From: Glycera tridactyla | Taxonomy: Eukaryota | Assembly (NCBI GenBank): GCA_965644265.1 | Contig: OZ286459.1 | Coordinates: 59,210,001 to 59,274,000 of the forward strand | Direction: 5' to 3' | Length of the DNA: 64,000 nucleotides | Position numbers and translations under genes: made by a program | Notes under the pieces: generated by a model | What the model saw: only the letters and a program-made list of their open reading frames with translations | The model's database searches: none | What the model was told of the DNA's origin: nothing | Part shown: piece after piece, positions 13,019 to 25,480 of the stretch | Layout: every line of letters begins with the position of its first letter | Position numbering within the stretch: the stretch's first letter is position 1

Positions 13019-13149
13019 TGTTTGGAGTAATTTCATGGTCCATTCCTGGATTTCAATCTGCATGAAATCCTCGACAGCCCCTTTCACATTTCGGAAAACT
13101 CGGTATAATGAGGCAGGTTTACATTATGACGACACTACCGGCATCTCAA

Positions 13150-13320
13150 AGTCATCGGAGTTGAGTCGCTGTGTACAAAGGCTTGCCCACATGTCAAGGT
13201 CATGTAGCAATGGTCCAAGCGAGTTATTGTGCTTACGGGGGAATCCTCACGATCTTGCTTGCCCAGTGGTTATCATCGGTATGAGCATGCAACACCAATG
13301 TAGTCTCAAAAGCGCATTAA
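13150..13320 (-). mobile_element. Degenerate L2/CR1-type LINE ORF2 C-terminal remnant
   Basis: Minus-strand translation fragments HWASKIVRI and GPLLHDLDMWASLCTQRL resemble the post-RT 'LL.DLNW.SL..RR' segment. Stops and frameshifts present. Confidence 0.35.
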
Positions 13321-14309
13321 TCCTATTCCACGCTGGTTATTCGACAATTATTTTGCTTTTGATTGTTAACTCTGCCCATGGATAATAACCCACTGACCCA
13401 TAGAGGAAGTTGAACGATGGATAATACATGTCCCGCCCGGTCACCTTCGCACAGGTGTATCTTAGTGTTCAAGCCTTAATACAGTTGATGCCCACACAAT
13501 GGGATTATGTTGTATTTAAAAAAATAAAGTACCAGATCTTCGAATAATAGAGTATGTCTTCTTTCTTCAACAAGTTACATCTGCGCTCACCCCAGCTTAG
13601 TCTCGTTGAGGACCCAGGAGGATGAGTCTCCAATGTGCTCACCAGTACCATCGCATAAGCGTCTCAATAAAGCCTAGATGGTGCTCAACGGGTTGGAAAG
13701 AAACATCCGACCAACCAACCTCACCCATAGACGCCAGACTACACAATCGTTGTCAGTATTCTTTCAATAAATAAGACTGATGAATTATATTGCCACAATG
13801 ATCAGATAAGGCTTCCAGGTCCCATCTCTTGGCTGATAGGGTCCGCGGCCAAAATGGCGGTGAGAAAACAGGGGATTTAGGCCATCATCAGTGGTATGAG
13901 CATTGAGTGGTATGATCCATTCAATCTCTGAAAAGAACTGCTGCAGTTTATATCTTATTGAGACTTGGCAGGGAGTTGAGGGGTCCGACATGATGGACAT
14001 AAAAAAGGACATTGAACTTCAGAAAAAAAAGGCGGGCCTCGGTGAAAGTGGGAAAATCCAGTGGATTCGGGACACGCATGTAACCAGTATGATATCATCA
14101 ACAGACACAGTCAGCGATGAATATCTGTCTTCAACGGATATGATAATGCAAACTCCTACTACACGCATGTACGATTGAGAACTTGTACGGGTGATTGCCC
14201 GGAAAAGTTGGCTTAAGTCACTCCCCACAAAAGAGCCTGATGATTTCGCCCTAGTCGAGATGTTGAGGCAGGGCTATCAGGAGTCCATCGCAGCAAACCT
14301 GATGAATCT

Positions 14310-14810
14310 CAGTGAGAACTGTTTGGAAGTATGGGATTTGTGTCAGTTCGCGAACTAGAAAGCTCAATGACACACTGGAGAGGCTGTGCGGGTTTACCCG
14401 CAACTTGGTTTTCTTCAGAGTGACGGTGTTTCCTCATGATGCCAAGGGTAGGAAGTTAAAATTCAGTGACTGGTCAAAAGGTACCCTGAGTTAAGAAGCA
14501 GGTACTTCTCTGCGATACCCGCAAGGCAAATACTCTGCTCGAAGTTTACAAGGCATGCATTGCAGAAGACGCTCAACGAGCACCACTCAATTTCATGTTT
14601 CACCCAGCAATTGCCAGGCAACAGGGACTGCGTACCAGGCGTTCATCCTCTCTGGTAAACTCAAATCTCCTTGAGATAGGTAGGACACATTTGCACTTTG
14701 GTGACAGGAGTTTACGTGCCAGGGGCGCTATCTATTGGAACCACACTGATCAAACCACTCGCCACACTGAGTCGCTAGGTGCCCTTATGGCGATACTTCG
14801 CAAGTGATAA
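14310..14810 (+). mobile_element. Degenerate L2/CR1-type LINE 3' fragment
   Basis: ENCLEVWDLCQ (cf. EYC..VWD) and GLRTRRSSSLVNSNLLEIGRTHLHFGDRSLRARGAIYWN (cf. TR...L..PRT.T.FG.RSF..RGA.LWN), typical of the L2/CR1 ORF2 end. Frameshifted. Confidence 0.55.
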
Positions 14811-15448
14811 GTTTTCTGCACTGCCCGTATTGTCATTTTAGAACAGCCCAATTTGTCGGGCGTGTAATGGCAGAATGTTAACATCTTCTTTTCCATTGTT
14901 CACACACTTTCCGACCAAACAGTATTTCTGATATCATAGTCATTTGTGTCTATATATATTATTATCATTATTAGTATGTGTGCGCGTGGGAGAAAGTGGG
15001 AGTGCGTGAGTGTGTGACTGTGCATGTGGAAAGTGCATGTGCAAGTATTTGCAGCTGTACGTGTGGAATTGAACGAGCGCCTTATTATGCAATGTCCTTA
15101 GTTACTTGACCCTTTATTTCCTAATTGGTTGACTTATGACCACATAGTATAGGACTCATCACAGCTGGTCTCTTGGGCTTCAGTTTTGATGGGCCTATTG
15201 GAGGTCTGAAGGTGACTGATTCTGCATCAGATATATCTGAAACTTTTCTTTTATTTTTTTGCACTGATGAACAATCTTCCTGTTCTGTATTGTCATATCA
15301 GGATCAATGCCTAACTACTTTTGTTAGATCAGCAATTACGTATCACATATCTTATATATTTGTTGCATGTGGACATAATATGACCAATTGGTCTCGAGTA
15401 TATATGTTTGTTCATATGCAATAAAAAGTTTTTGAATCTTGAATCTTG

Positions 15449-15518
<70 letters not shown>

Positions 15519-17589
15519 GCTGAGAACAAAAGAAATGGCAGGGGGTATGTCAGGTACTGGGATAGAGCTAATTATTTTGAGTCAAGGCAGCGTGGCTTAT
15601 CTAACTAGATGCAGTGCAAGTGCATAGCCATGCTGCCAATGAGGGGGGGGGGGCAAAGGGGCAGGGGTTATATTACCAACACCATGCTGCATAGTTGGAA
15701 TTTCAGATGCATCCGGAAAAAAGGTGAATAAGATTTGAGGAACCAAGCTTTGAAAAAAACAAGCTGTGTCAAGGGCAGGTAAGTGATGCACCAGATTTTG
15801 AGCCTACCATTGGTGGAACAGCACTGCAATCTAAGATGCAGCCATCAAGTCAAACGGGGGGAATTTAAAGTCTGTCAAGCTCTGTCGGGGCGGGTACGTT
15901 TTTCGCCATTGCATCGCGAATTCGCATCCGATTTGAATGAAACTTGCAGACAGAGACTGTGTACATGTCCGGCGACTGAAAATGTGATCTCGGCGAAGTT
16001 TCCTTGTATATTTCACCTTAGAACGCAAAATATGATGACTTCACGCTGGTTTCGCGGCAGGTGCGGCGGCCGTATCTACGTTGTAATCATGGGGAAGACC
16101 GGGCGATAATACCTGAGCATTCTCCAAATAAATAAGATGAAATGATGGCATAATCCTCTTCAAAAGCATACACGGTCCCTGGAACCCAATTCGATAATTG
16201 TCGGAACACCTCCTCAATACATTCGTGCCATTAAATCTCAAATCAGACGAGAAATGTCGACGGGAGTGCTTGAAACGTACCCGTCAGATTTGGATTTGAC
16301 AGACTTCAGCTATCTGAGCGATCAACAAAATGGAGCACAGGGTTTTTCTCAGCCACTCATGACGCAAGGCCAATTGGTTCAAGAACGTGTATGGAACCTT
16401 ATTACAGTCTGCAAATGGACAGAATATGAGATATCTTATAATGGCTGGATTGCCCATCTTGTTGATGGCAAAACAGGACAATTCGTACCGTAAATAAAAT
16501 GGGCAATCGGTTCAATCAAGAATTAAGCCAAAGCTTCCTGCACGGTTTCAATGATCTATGACGTGCATCCTTTCTGACCAGTGAATCTGATGAAGACAGA
16601 AATGATGGTTACCAGGCCAGAGACAGCTTACATGGAATTCCTCTATCAAGGAAACACACTGCATGTAGCATTGTGTCATCATAGCGCAAGATCAGAAATA
16701 TATCCAAATAAATCAGGGGCTGGTCAGGAAAATTGTCTAATCCGATGGTGTACTTACAAAAACGCATGCCTGCATTGTGGTGCGAGACATCACTGGTCAA
16801 GTGTAGACCATTATTGATACGTGTATTTTGACACAAATCAAGTGTAGCTTGTCAACAATAAACACAGTGTTCGGAAAGTTAATGTGGGTGGCAATCTTAG
16901 TGCTATTTTCTGAGTCATTTCTCAGAAGCTCTATTGATAGCACCAAGGATATAACCAATCCGGCAAATCTAGTGGAATTTTCAGATTCGATCAGAAACGA
17001 TCTCGAAATGTCGTTTGAATTTCTTGATGAATTCAGTGTAGAATGGCATCTGATCGATATAGTACACCTTTATCCAACGGCGGGAATGGTTTTTTTTTCA
17101 TTCTTACAATTTGGTGAAAGTGGAAAATCTAAAAGCTAAGATTTGTAAAAGCCAGCATTATGATGAGAATACTGAGGAAAGTGCTCCGCAGGCTTTGTTT
17201 AATTATTTCAGATTGGTGTGTGTGCATGCTGCTCGGGTTCAAGATGTGGTGGCAGATAAGTTCATCGAGATTTTCTGCTCACTGGAGTTCTTGGAGGCAA
17301 AATGCTTGACGATGCCTTTGTCCATGTCTTCGCTGGTGAGTGGAATATATGAGATGGTGAGTGGAATATATGAGATGGCTTGTCTGTTGCTTCCAGGAAA
17401 TCATACATCGAAATGTGGAAGGATTTCTGTAAGTTTTGGGAAGCTTTCCACCTCGACAGGGGGCAAGATAATGATCACTTTCTACATTGTTCACAAATAT
17501 GGACATTGACTGAAGCCTTCCACAAGCTCAGTGCTGTCGAATTCGAGCTCAGAGTGCCGATCGACAAATATCTGTTGACGCTATTGTTA

Positions 17590-17720
17590 TGTGGCCTTGC
17601 GGGAAATGGGCGTACCTGAGAATGTGGGAATTAAAACTTACGAAAATTTGCTCAACTCAAATATCTACACAATTGCAAACTATGCTGCTTGTGTCTGGGG
17701 ATTCCTAGATCATGATCAAG
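17590..17720 (+). mobile_element. Possible degenerate LINE RT-tail remnant
   Basis: KTYENLLNSNIYTIANYAACVWG resembles the conserved 'Y..LV.S...YG..VWG' motif after LINE RT. Confidence 0.35.
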
Positions 17721-17748
17721 CACAGGTGCTACTGAAAATTGCTAGATA

Positions 17749-17908
17749 CAGTCGAACCTATCTATGAAGACCGCCTTCGGTAGCATAAAAAGTGGGCTCC
17801 ATGGACAGGTGGTCTTTATAGAGAGGTTGTTTACTGTTGAAAATACTACCACGATCGCAGCTCAGGTTGGTCTTTATAGAGAGGTGGTCTTTAGAGCAGG
17901 TTCGACTG
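17749..17908. mobile_element. 160-bp MITE, pogo/Tc1-mariner type
   Basis: TIR CAGTCGAACCT...AGGTTCGACTG with TA on both sides and internal GGTGGTCTTTATAGAGAGG subrepeats. Confidence 0.85.
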
Positions 17909-18214
17909 TATTATCTAGCTACCCATCGCTTCACATCCATCGATGCCATCTTTACTGAGTTGGATTAGCTAGTTATTAGAAGTTCAAGATCTTTGCATAT
18001 GATTCGACTCCTAAACAACCATAACACTATGGAAGAGCCAAGGTCTCCCAGTGAAGATTCTATAACTTTTGGCAGTTTGGAAGAGGGAGAAATCTTTTGA
18101 CCGAGAGTGTTGGAAATCGGATTTTTCCATATACTTGCCTATATGGGAGACGAACATCAAGCTGGTGGCTGTACACTTGATCTTATGCAGTGTGGAGACA
18201 TGTTGAGAGAAAGA

Positions 18215-18757
18215 TGGCAATGACGTGGGAATCTGCATTGGCAATGATGAGGGAATCTGCATTGGTGATGACGTGGGAATCTGTATTGGCATTGATGTGG
18301 GAATCTGCATTGTCATTGATGTGGGAATCTGTATTTGCAATGATGTGAGAATCTGTATTTGCTATGATGTGAGAATCTGTATTTGCTATGATGTGAGAAT
18401 CTGTATTGTCATTGATGTGAGAATCTGTATTTGCTATGATGTGAGAATCTGCATTGGCAATGATGTGGGAATCTGTATTGTCATTGATGTGGGAGTCTGT
18501 ATTGGCATTGATGTGAGAATCTGTATTGGCATTGATGTGAGAATCTGTATTGGCAATGATGTGAGAATCTGTATTGTCATTGATGTGGGAATTTGTATTG
18601 TCATTGATGTGGGAATCTGCATTGGCAATGATGTGGGAATCTGCATTGTCATTGATGTGGGAATCTGTATTTGTTATGATGTGAGAATCTGTATTTGCTA
18701 TGATGTGAGAATCTGTATTTGCTATGATGTGAGAATCTTCATTGTAATTGATGTGTG
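18215..18757. repeat. 24-bp minisatellite (~22 copies; GATGTGAGAATCTGTATTTGCTAT variants)
   Basis: Direct tandem periodicity of 24 nt visible throughout. Confidence 0.92.
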
Positions 18758-21413
18758 AGTCCCCATCGCCAATTATGTGGTGGTGATTCAGAGTGGTGGT
18801 GGTGATGGTTGGTTGGTGGTGCGTGTGGCAGGTGATGCTGGGAGGATGATGCTTGGGCGAGCGGTGGTGGTATGGGTGGGTGGTGGTGGGCGGGTGGCGA
18901 TGAGAGGGTGGTTTTTGGTTGGTTTGGGGGTGGTGGTTGGATGGGTGTTGCAGGTGTGGGTGGGTGTGGTTGTGGGTGTGGGTGGTGGCTGCCATGACCA
19001 ATGACCAGGGCATGACTCACACGATGAATCATGGGACTCTATGAGAGTCAAATGGGGTACCCAGGATGCATCATCACTTTGGTGAAAATACATCGCAGCA
19101 ATCTCAATCTAAAACTAGCACGTGGATTCATTCAACTATGCCAGGCTAGTGCGCAGAGCTATTACCAACCATTCTGGCTATAGCTCTCTTCTTGGAAAAT
19201 CTCTCCGACCTGCATATCTTTTTTATCTCCCCAGTATTGTTCTCTATATTCCATCCTTTTACTATACGTGCATGTACACATGTACACTCACCCCTCGGGC
19301 TCGTGTCTCGTGTCATCCGTACCGGATCCATGTCGACCTCGTGTAACAACATCACTTCAACATCACACCTGCCGTTTGTTGTTTGCTGGGGCCCAATTCA
19401 GTGAAATAATTTTCAATGAAATTCCCACCAATTCGCAGCAGGTCCAAACAAAAAGCTAAGCTCCAGGCATTCATACACGCAGCCATTACGAATATACCAT
19501 ACTGTAGTAGCAGGGAGCTTCCAACAAGATACTGGGTGGCTGCAAATCATCATGAAATGTATATATGGAACAAGTAAACGTTCTGCACTCAGTCACCTCA
19601 TGTCAACCAACATGGCGATCGGGATCAGCCTCACAGAACGTCCTTGAAAAAGCGAGTTTTGTCAGGCGCTTCTGGGCACCAGCATCACATATTTCAGAAC
19701 GATGACCACTGGATATTTATTAACTCATATTGCCCCTGTATTACTTTGTTTACTAGATGCCCTCTTCAGGGTAATCATCAGAATGAAAGATTGTCGATTT
19801 AGGTCAATTTGGGACGATTCGGTCAATTCAGTGAATTAGGCAAAGTGGTGAAACGCTGGAATCGGCCCACCTGCCGCTCTTCTTCCAGCATCACGTCCAA
19901 CCCCCTAATACGTAATGGCCTGGAATGTACTCGATTAAACCACCCGTTGTACAACACACATTTTTTTAGTGATAGAAATCGTGTCAGAGACGTATTTCCA
20001 GATTGTACTGGCAACAGGTCCATGAAATGTGTTCCAAACGCCCAAATCATTTTTGGCTTGTATGGGATTTGAACCATCAACCTTCCAGTTTGGCACCCTC
20101 GCCAGCAACAAACTGCCAGCGCTCTTGTCCTCTACACCACGGTGGATCCACTTAAATGGATTCACTATGGATATAGGGAGGTAGTCTTTATAGAGAGGTG
20201 GTCTTTAGAGGAGGTTCGACTGTATATTTCTCTCTTCACTGCATGTCCACAACAGTATAAGATGATGATATTCAATGATTATATCGAAATTCAATGTTGG
20301 TTGATATTCTTCTGCTGGTTGATTGGTTGGTTGATCGTCGTTTTTCGACTTGTCAGCACTACCTATGATATATTGAGGTGGCCATGGAATAAACATGGGT
20401 TGAATCACCCGCGTATCATTCACGGTAACAACCTATTGTGAACATTTGCAAAACTGGCCGACACTCACAGTGTCATTCAATCTTTATGGAGTAAGAAACC
20501 AGTATTTGTATTTGAGCGATTTTCAAAGATGTTCTGTATGTGAAATGGCTAACCCCTGATAGCATCCGTTCTCCATAGTCACAGCAACACCATATTCATC
20601 AAAAAGATCCTGGTCGTGCTCGGTGCCCTAATGACCGATATCTCTCCAGCTGCTCTCTGTCCCATTCCTTCGACGAAAAAATGGAACAACATGAGATGTC
20701 CCGCGTTTCAGGGTTGCGGAGAATGCGGTCGTTGACCGTGAACAGTTTTCAAGACAGAGATACAGTATCAGCCATGTCGATCAGGACCCCCTGGCAGATT
20801 TGGGATGCTCTGACAAATAAGTGGAATCTATCTACAATGGTAACTATTTGGTTATGAGGAGAGACTCTCTGTCCGCAGGTGGTTTAATTGAGACATCTCT
20901 TTTGTAGTCATCTCTTGAGTGTGGTCCTTATGGGCATGTCGCCTTCACAAAGAGGTGATCTTCTGAGCAGGTCAGATTGTATATCGCCGACTCCCTCCTT
21001 CTCTGCCATTCCCACACCCCCTCTTTCTTTCCAATGTGGTTTCCGACTTCATGGGCATTTTCCAATCAAGCGTCTTACCTCGTTGAATTCATACGCAATT
21101 ACCACCTCCTCCTCGTCAGTCAAGTCAGTCTGTCTATCTATATGTCTGTTCGTCTGTTTGTCTGCCGGTCTGTCTGACTTCCTGTCTCTGTCCGTCCTCT
21201 CTTACTCCCTGTCTCTGTCTGTCTCTGGCTGTGATTGCCAACCAGCGGGAAATGTGAGTATTTTGACCCCATGTAGGGTATGTTTTATAGATCAAAGATA
21301 CAGTGCTTGATTCAAGTCAAAAATGGTGGTTGCTATTTCATCAGTATACTGAAAAACAGCAACATAGAAGTAGAAATTGTTGACTTTTGTGGGCTGTCTC
21401 AAGCTGATATGGA

Positions 21414-21507
<94 letters not shown>

Positions 21508-21938
21508 GAACTATCCACCACCTCATCATGAGACGGTGATCATGTGATCATAGAGAAGAAATATGGGATTATAACACAGGATTCAAGGCTTCCATTGGCA
21601 CTCTTTGCCTTCGTTTACTACCTCCATAGTGCCGTCAATAGCCATGCGTGCATGCGAGTGTAGGTCAGCCAGCAAGCTGCTTTGTCTTTTGCCGAGGGGG
21701 CTTTGTCAATTTCAGTCGGTAGTGCCTGTGAGCTCACAACCCAGTTGGGTTACCACACGTTTATGCATTGCTGTCCTCTAACTGGCCTATCTTCACACCC
21801 AGCCACCTACCTACCTACCTACCTACCTACCTACCTACCTACCTACCTAGCGTATCTACACTGTCGACAAGCATGTGGAATATCAGCCATCACTCGAAGT
21901 ATTCCTGTCTGCTATATGTTCACGCTATTGCCTCTGAC

Positions 21939-23929
21939 CAAGAGCTGGGGGTCATTTATTTGCTCAGAATGACCATATGTCTGGTTGTTATTTTCCTAAA
22001 GGACTATCACTAAGGTGTTTGGAACATGCAGTCTTGAGTGTTCCTAGTGGTGGATTAGTATTTCCGAGCCCATCGTTGATTTGAAGACGGGCATAAAAAT
22101 GCAATACTGGAAAAAGCTGTTCTTGATCTCATATGACTTTCTGATGGCCCAATATGGTCATATTTGGTATCAAAATGTAGGTCCTGATAAGACACACTGA
22201 CTTAAAACACTAAAATTGATGTAAAGAGAGATTGGAAGGTGTTGCCTGCTAAGAAGATAGTATTTTTCTGTGATTTTTGGGATCAGACTTCATAAGGTTC
22301 ATCCAAAAAGTTAAGAATAGCAGTGGCCAGATGTCTGGTTGTTGTATTCAGATAGTACTATTCCTCAGGTGTTCAGAACATGCAGTCTTGAGCGTTCCTA
22401 CTGGTGGATTAGTATTTGAGAGCTCATTGCTGATTTGACGACGGCATAAAGATGCAATACTGGAAGAAGGCTGTTCTTGACCTCATATGACCTTCTGATG
22501 ACCCAACATGGTGATATTTGGTATCAAAATGTAGGTCTTGATAAGACACATTGATTTAGAGCACTTAGGTTATACAGGGAGATGGAAAGGTGTTGTCTGC
22601 TAATAAATGGTATTTTCTGTTGATTTTTAGGATCAGGCTTCATAAAAGCTCAACCAAAAAGTAAAGAATCACAGTGACCAGATGTTTGGTTGTAATATTC
22701 AGAAGGGACTATGACTCAGGTGTTTAGAACATGCAGTCTCAAGTGTTCCTAGTGGTGAAATAGTATTTCAGAACACAATAATGATTTTTAGATGGGTATA
22801 AAGGTGCAAAACTGAAGAGAGGACATCATTGACCTCATATGACCTTCCCATGGCATAATGTGGCCATATGTGGTATAAAAATGTAGGTCTTGAAGGGATA
22901 CATTGCCACTATAGTTGATGTACAGAAGGGTTGCAAGGTGTGGTTTGCTTATAAATGGCTATCTTATATATTTTCTTTGGGTCAGACTTCATGAAAGTTC
23001 ATCCACGGAGTGAAGTATAGCTTCATAATGTGTCAAATCCTCAGAAAGCTCTTCCTAAATGATGGCTTTGTTTATTTTATCGAGAGATTCTCTATTTCAT
23101 TATATCAAGTTGATGCTATGACAACCAAAACTGAATCATTTTCAAACAGTATTTTTCATTTTTATTCACAGATGATCTCTATTCTATTTCTATAATGTTT
23201 GAAACATGTTGTAAACATCTTAGTGATAGTCCCTTCTGAATATAACAACCAGACAGTTTGTCACTGCTATTCTTGACTTTTTGGATGAGGTTTTATGGAG
23301 CCTGATCCCAAAAGATAACGAATAAAATTACCCTTTATTAGGAGTCCACACCTCTCAATCTCTCTGTGCATCAAATTTAGTGCTCTAAGGCAATGTGTCT
23401 TATCAAGACCTACATTTTGATACCAAATATGACCATATTGGATCATCGAAAAGCCATATGAAATCAAGAAGAGCCTTTTTCCAGTATTGCGTTTTTATGC
23501 TATCGTCAAATCAACAATGGGCTCTCAAATACTAATTCACCACTGGGAACGCTCAAGACTGTATGTTCTAAACACCTGAGCAATTGTAATTTCTGAATAT
23601 AGCAACCAGACATCTGGTCACTACTATTCTTAACTTTTGAGATGAACTTTATGAAGCCTGATAAAAAAAACCCACAAAAATACCATTTCTTTTTAGCAGG
23701 CAACACCTTCCAATCTCTCTGTACATCAGTTTAAGTGCTTTAAGTCAATGTGTCTTTTCAAGACCTACATTTTGATACCAAATATGTCCATATTGGGCCA
23801 TCGGAAACTCACATGAGATCAAGAACAGCTTTTTTCCAGCATGTTTCAAACACCTTAGTGATAGACCTTTTTGAAAATAACAAACAGACATCTGGTCATT
23901 CCGAGCAAATAAATGACCTCCAGCTCTTG
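21939..23929. mobile_element. Foldback-type element: long inverted arms built of ~353-bp tandem modules around an AT-rich spacer
   Basis: Left end CAAGAGCTGGGGGTCATTTATTTGCTCAGAATGACC is the near reverse complement of right end GGTCATTCCGAGCAAATAAATGACCTCCAGCTCTTG. Marker GGTATCAAAATGTAGG on + at 22166, 22520, 22872; its reverse complement at 23409 and 23764. Confidence 0.8.
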
Positions 23930-25183
23930 AACTAATAGGCCTAGTTTCTCATCCTGAATAGTTGATTGAATATATCGGATTTCTGCGTAAGAGCAGGTAT
24001 GACAGAAAGCAGGTTTGACATGTGTTGTTGCTACAGGTAATTCCATTGCTGTTGTGATCGCCGCTCGCTGTTAGGTACTGGCAGCGACGACGACATAAAC
24101 GACGACAATAACAACAACGGCAACAACAACAACAACAACAACAATGACGACGACGACGACGACAAGTATAGCAACGAAGACGACGACGACGACAACAACA
24201 ATAACGACGACGGCGGCATTGGCGACGACGACGATGACGTTGGGCACCAACAAACTAGGTCACAGGTTCCATCCAAGGTGGGGGCTGGCTCTCCATGGGA
24301 TGTTCCGAAATACCCCACAGGGTACAGGGTGCTTCGGAGCGCTTTGAATAATTCCCGAACTTGGGACACGTCCCCGTATATAGATGGCCCGGTGAGATGC
24401 CTTAACAGCTGTTTTCGGCCAACTTTGTGTCACCAGTCAACTTCATTCGATTATGTCTTTCCCACTGACTTTAAGTCATGAGACTCACAAAGAATGATAC
24501 TCCAAACAAGAATTCATCATGATGACTGTGTTTCACCGCTCTTATAGTATCATCCTCCATACTTTCATTCCGCTCTGGTGTCAAATCAATTCAAATCCTG
24601 TATCGAGAAAAGGGCCAGTTCAGTGGCAGTGATTGCGGCATCAGGGCCGAGAATATGAACTGTGAAACAATAGTTTTTCCAGTGAAATCTGTGGCATCCT
24701 GCTTCAAGTTTGGTTTGGGTTGCCATTCAGTCAATTCTCTGCGAATATCCCCGTAGACTGTCTCAGGCATCCAAATCGCAGGAGCTTTTGGCGATTGCCT
24801 AACCTATGTACCCATGTACTGACAAAGCAGCTGCCTTCGTACGCCAGGTGAACACGGCACGGTTTACGTCGACGGATATCCGATTCGACAAGAGCACGAA
24901 CTCTTTTTGAAATCAGTGAAAGTTGGTAGAATACACTTAAACCTGCTCTAGAGACCACCTCTCTATAACGGCCACCATGTCCTGCGACCTGGATGGTATT
25001 TGCGACGGTGAATAACCTCTCTATAAAGGCCAATTGCCTATAATGGACACTTTCTGATGCGACCAAAGGTGGCCTTTATAAACAGGTTTTAAATGAACAA
25101 ATTTCTTTGCGATGTAATTGGGTCCAGTCAAGTTGAAAAACGACAAAAAACGCATTTAGCTATTGGTCCGGAACTGAAGAAAG

Positions 25184-25295
25184 GCGTGCGTGATTTACAC
25201 ATAATGATAGTCTTTCTGATACGGTCCCTCGTATGTTGGAGTGCGCCTGCGCGGCTTGACGTCGTATGACCGTCCGGCAGTCACTCCAATAAATA
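25184..25295 (+). promoter_or_regulatory. Candidate globin proximal promoter (TATA-like ATAAATA 25289-25295; TGACGTC 25257-25263; tandem GCGTG 25184-25192)
   Basis: Motif matches 85-200 bp upstream of the globin ATG. Short motifs only, with no expression data. Confidence 0.4.
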
Positions 25296-25379
25296 GCAGA
25301 CACAACCACCAGGCTCCTCATCTCTGTGGATCGAGAGCATCTTAGTCGTTTCGAATCGGGTTTTGCCTTCCAAGTCACC

Positions 25380-25480
25380 ATGGGTCTGTCTGAGCAGCAA
25401 GTTGCCATCGTGAAGAATTCCTGGCCTGAGATCATCTCTGGCGATGATGGCGTCCAGCTTGGCCACGACATGTTCGCCAG
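25380..25480 (+). CDS. Globin exon 1
   Basis: caagtcaccATGG start, 101 nt, ends AG|GTGGGT within codon B12 (phase 2). Confidence 0.93.

Noticed and set aside
18183-19013. 276-aa minus-strand ORF with (IIANTDSH)n and overlapping plus-strand (GICIGNDV)n ORF, superficially beta-solenoid or antifreeze-like
   Set aside because: These are translations of a 24-bp minisatellite plus a C/A-rich tract. An 8-codon unit is stop-free by chance in most frames, several frames on both strands are open, and there is no signal peptide or splice support.
21939-23929. Common origin of the ~353-bp foldback module and the 181/186-bp satellite (353 is roughly twice 177)
   Set aside because: No convincing alignable sequence was seen beyond trivial short words. 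A formal local alignment would be needed.
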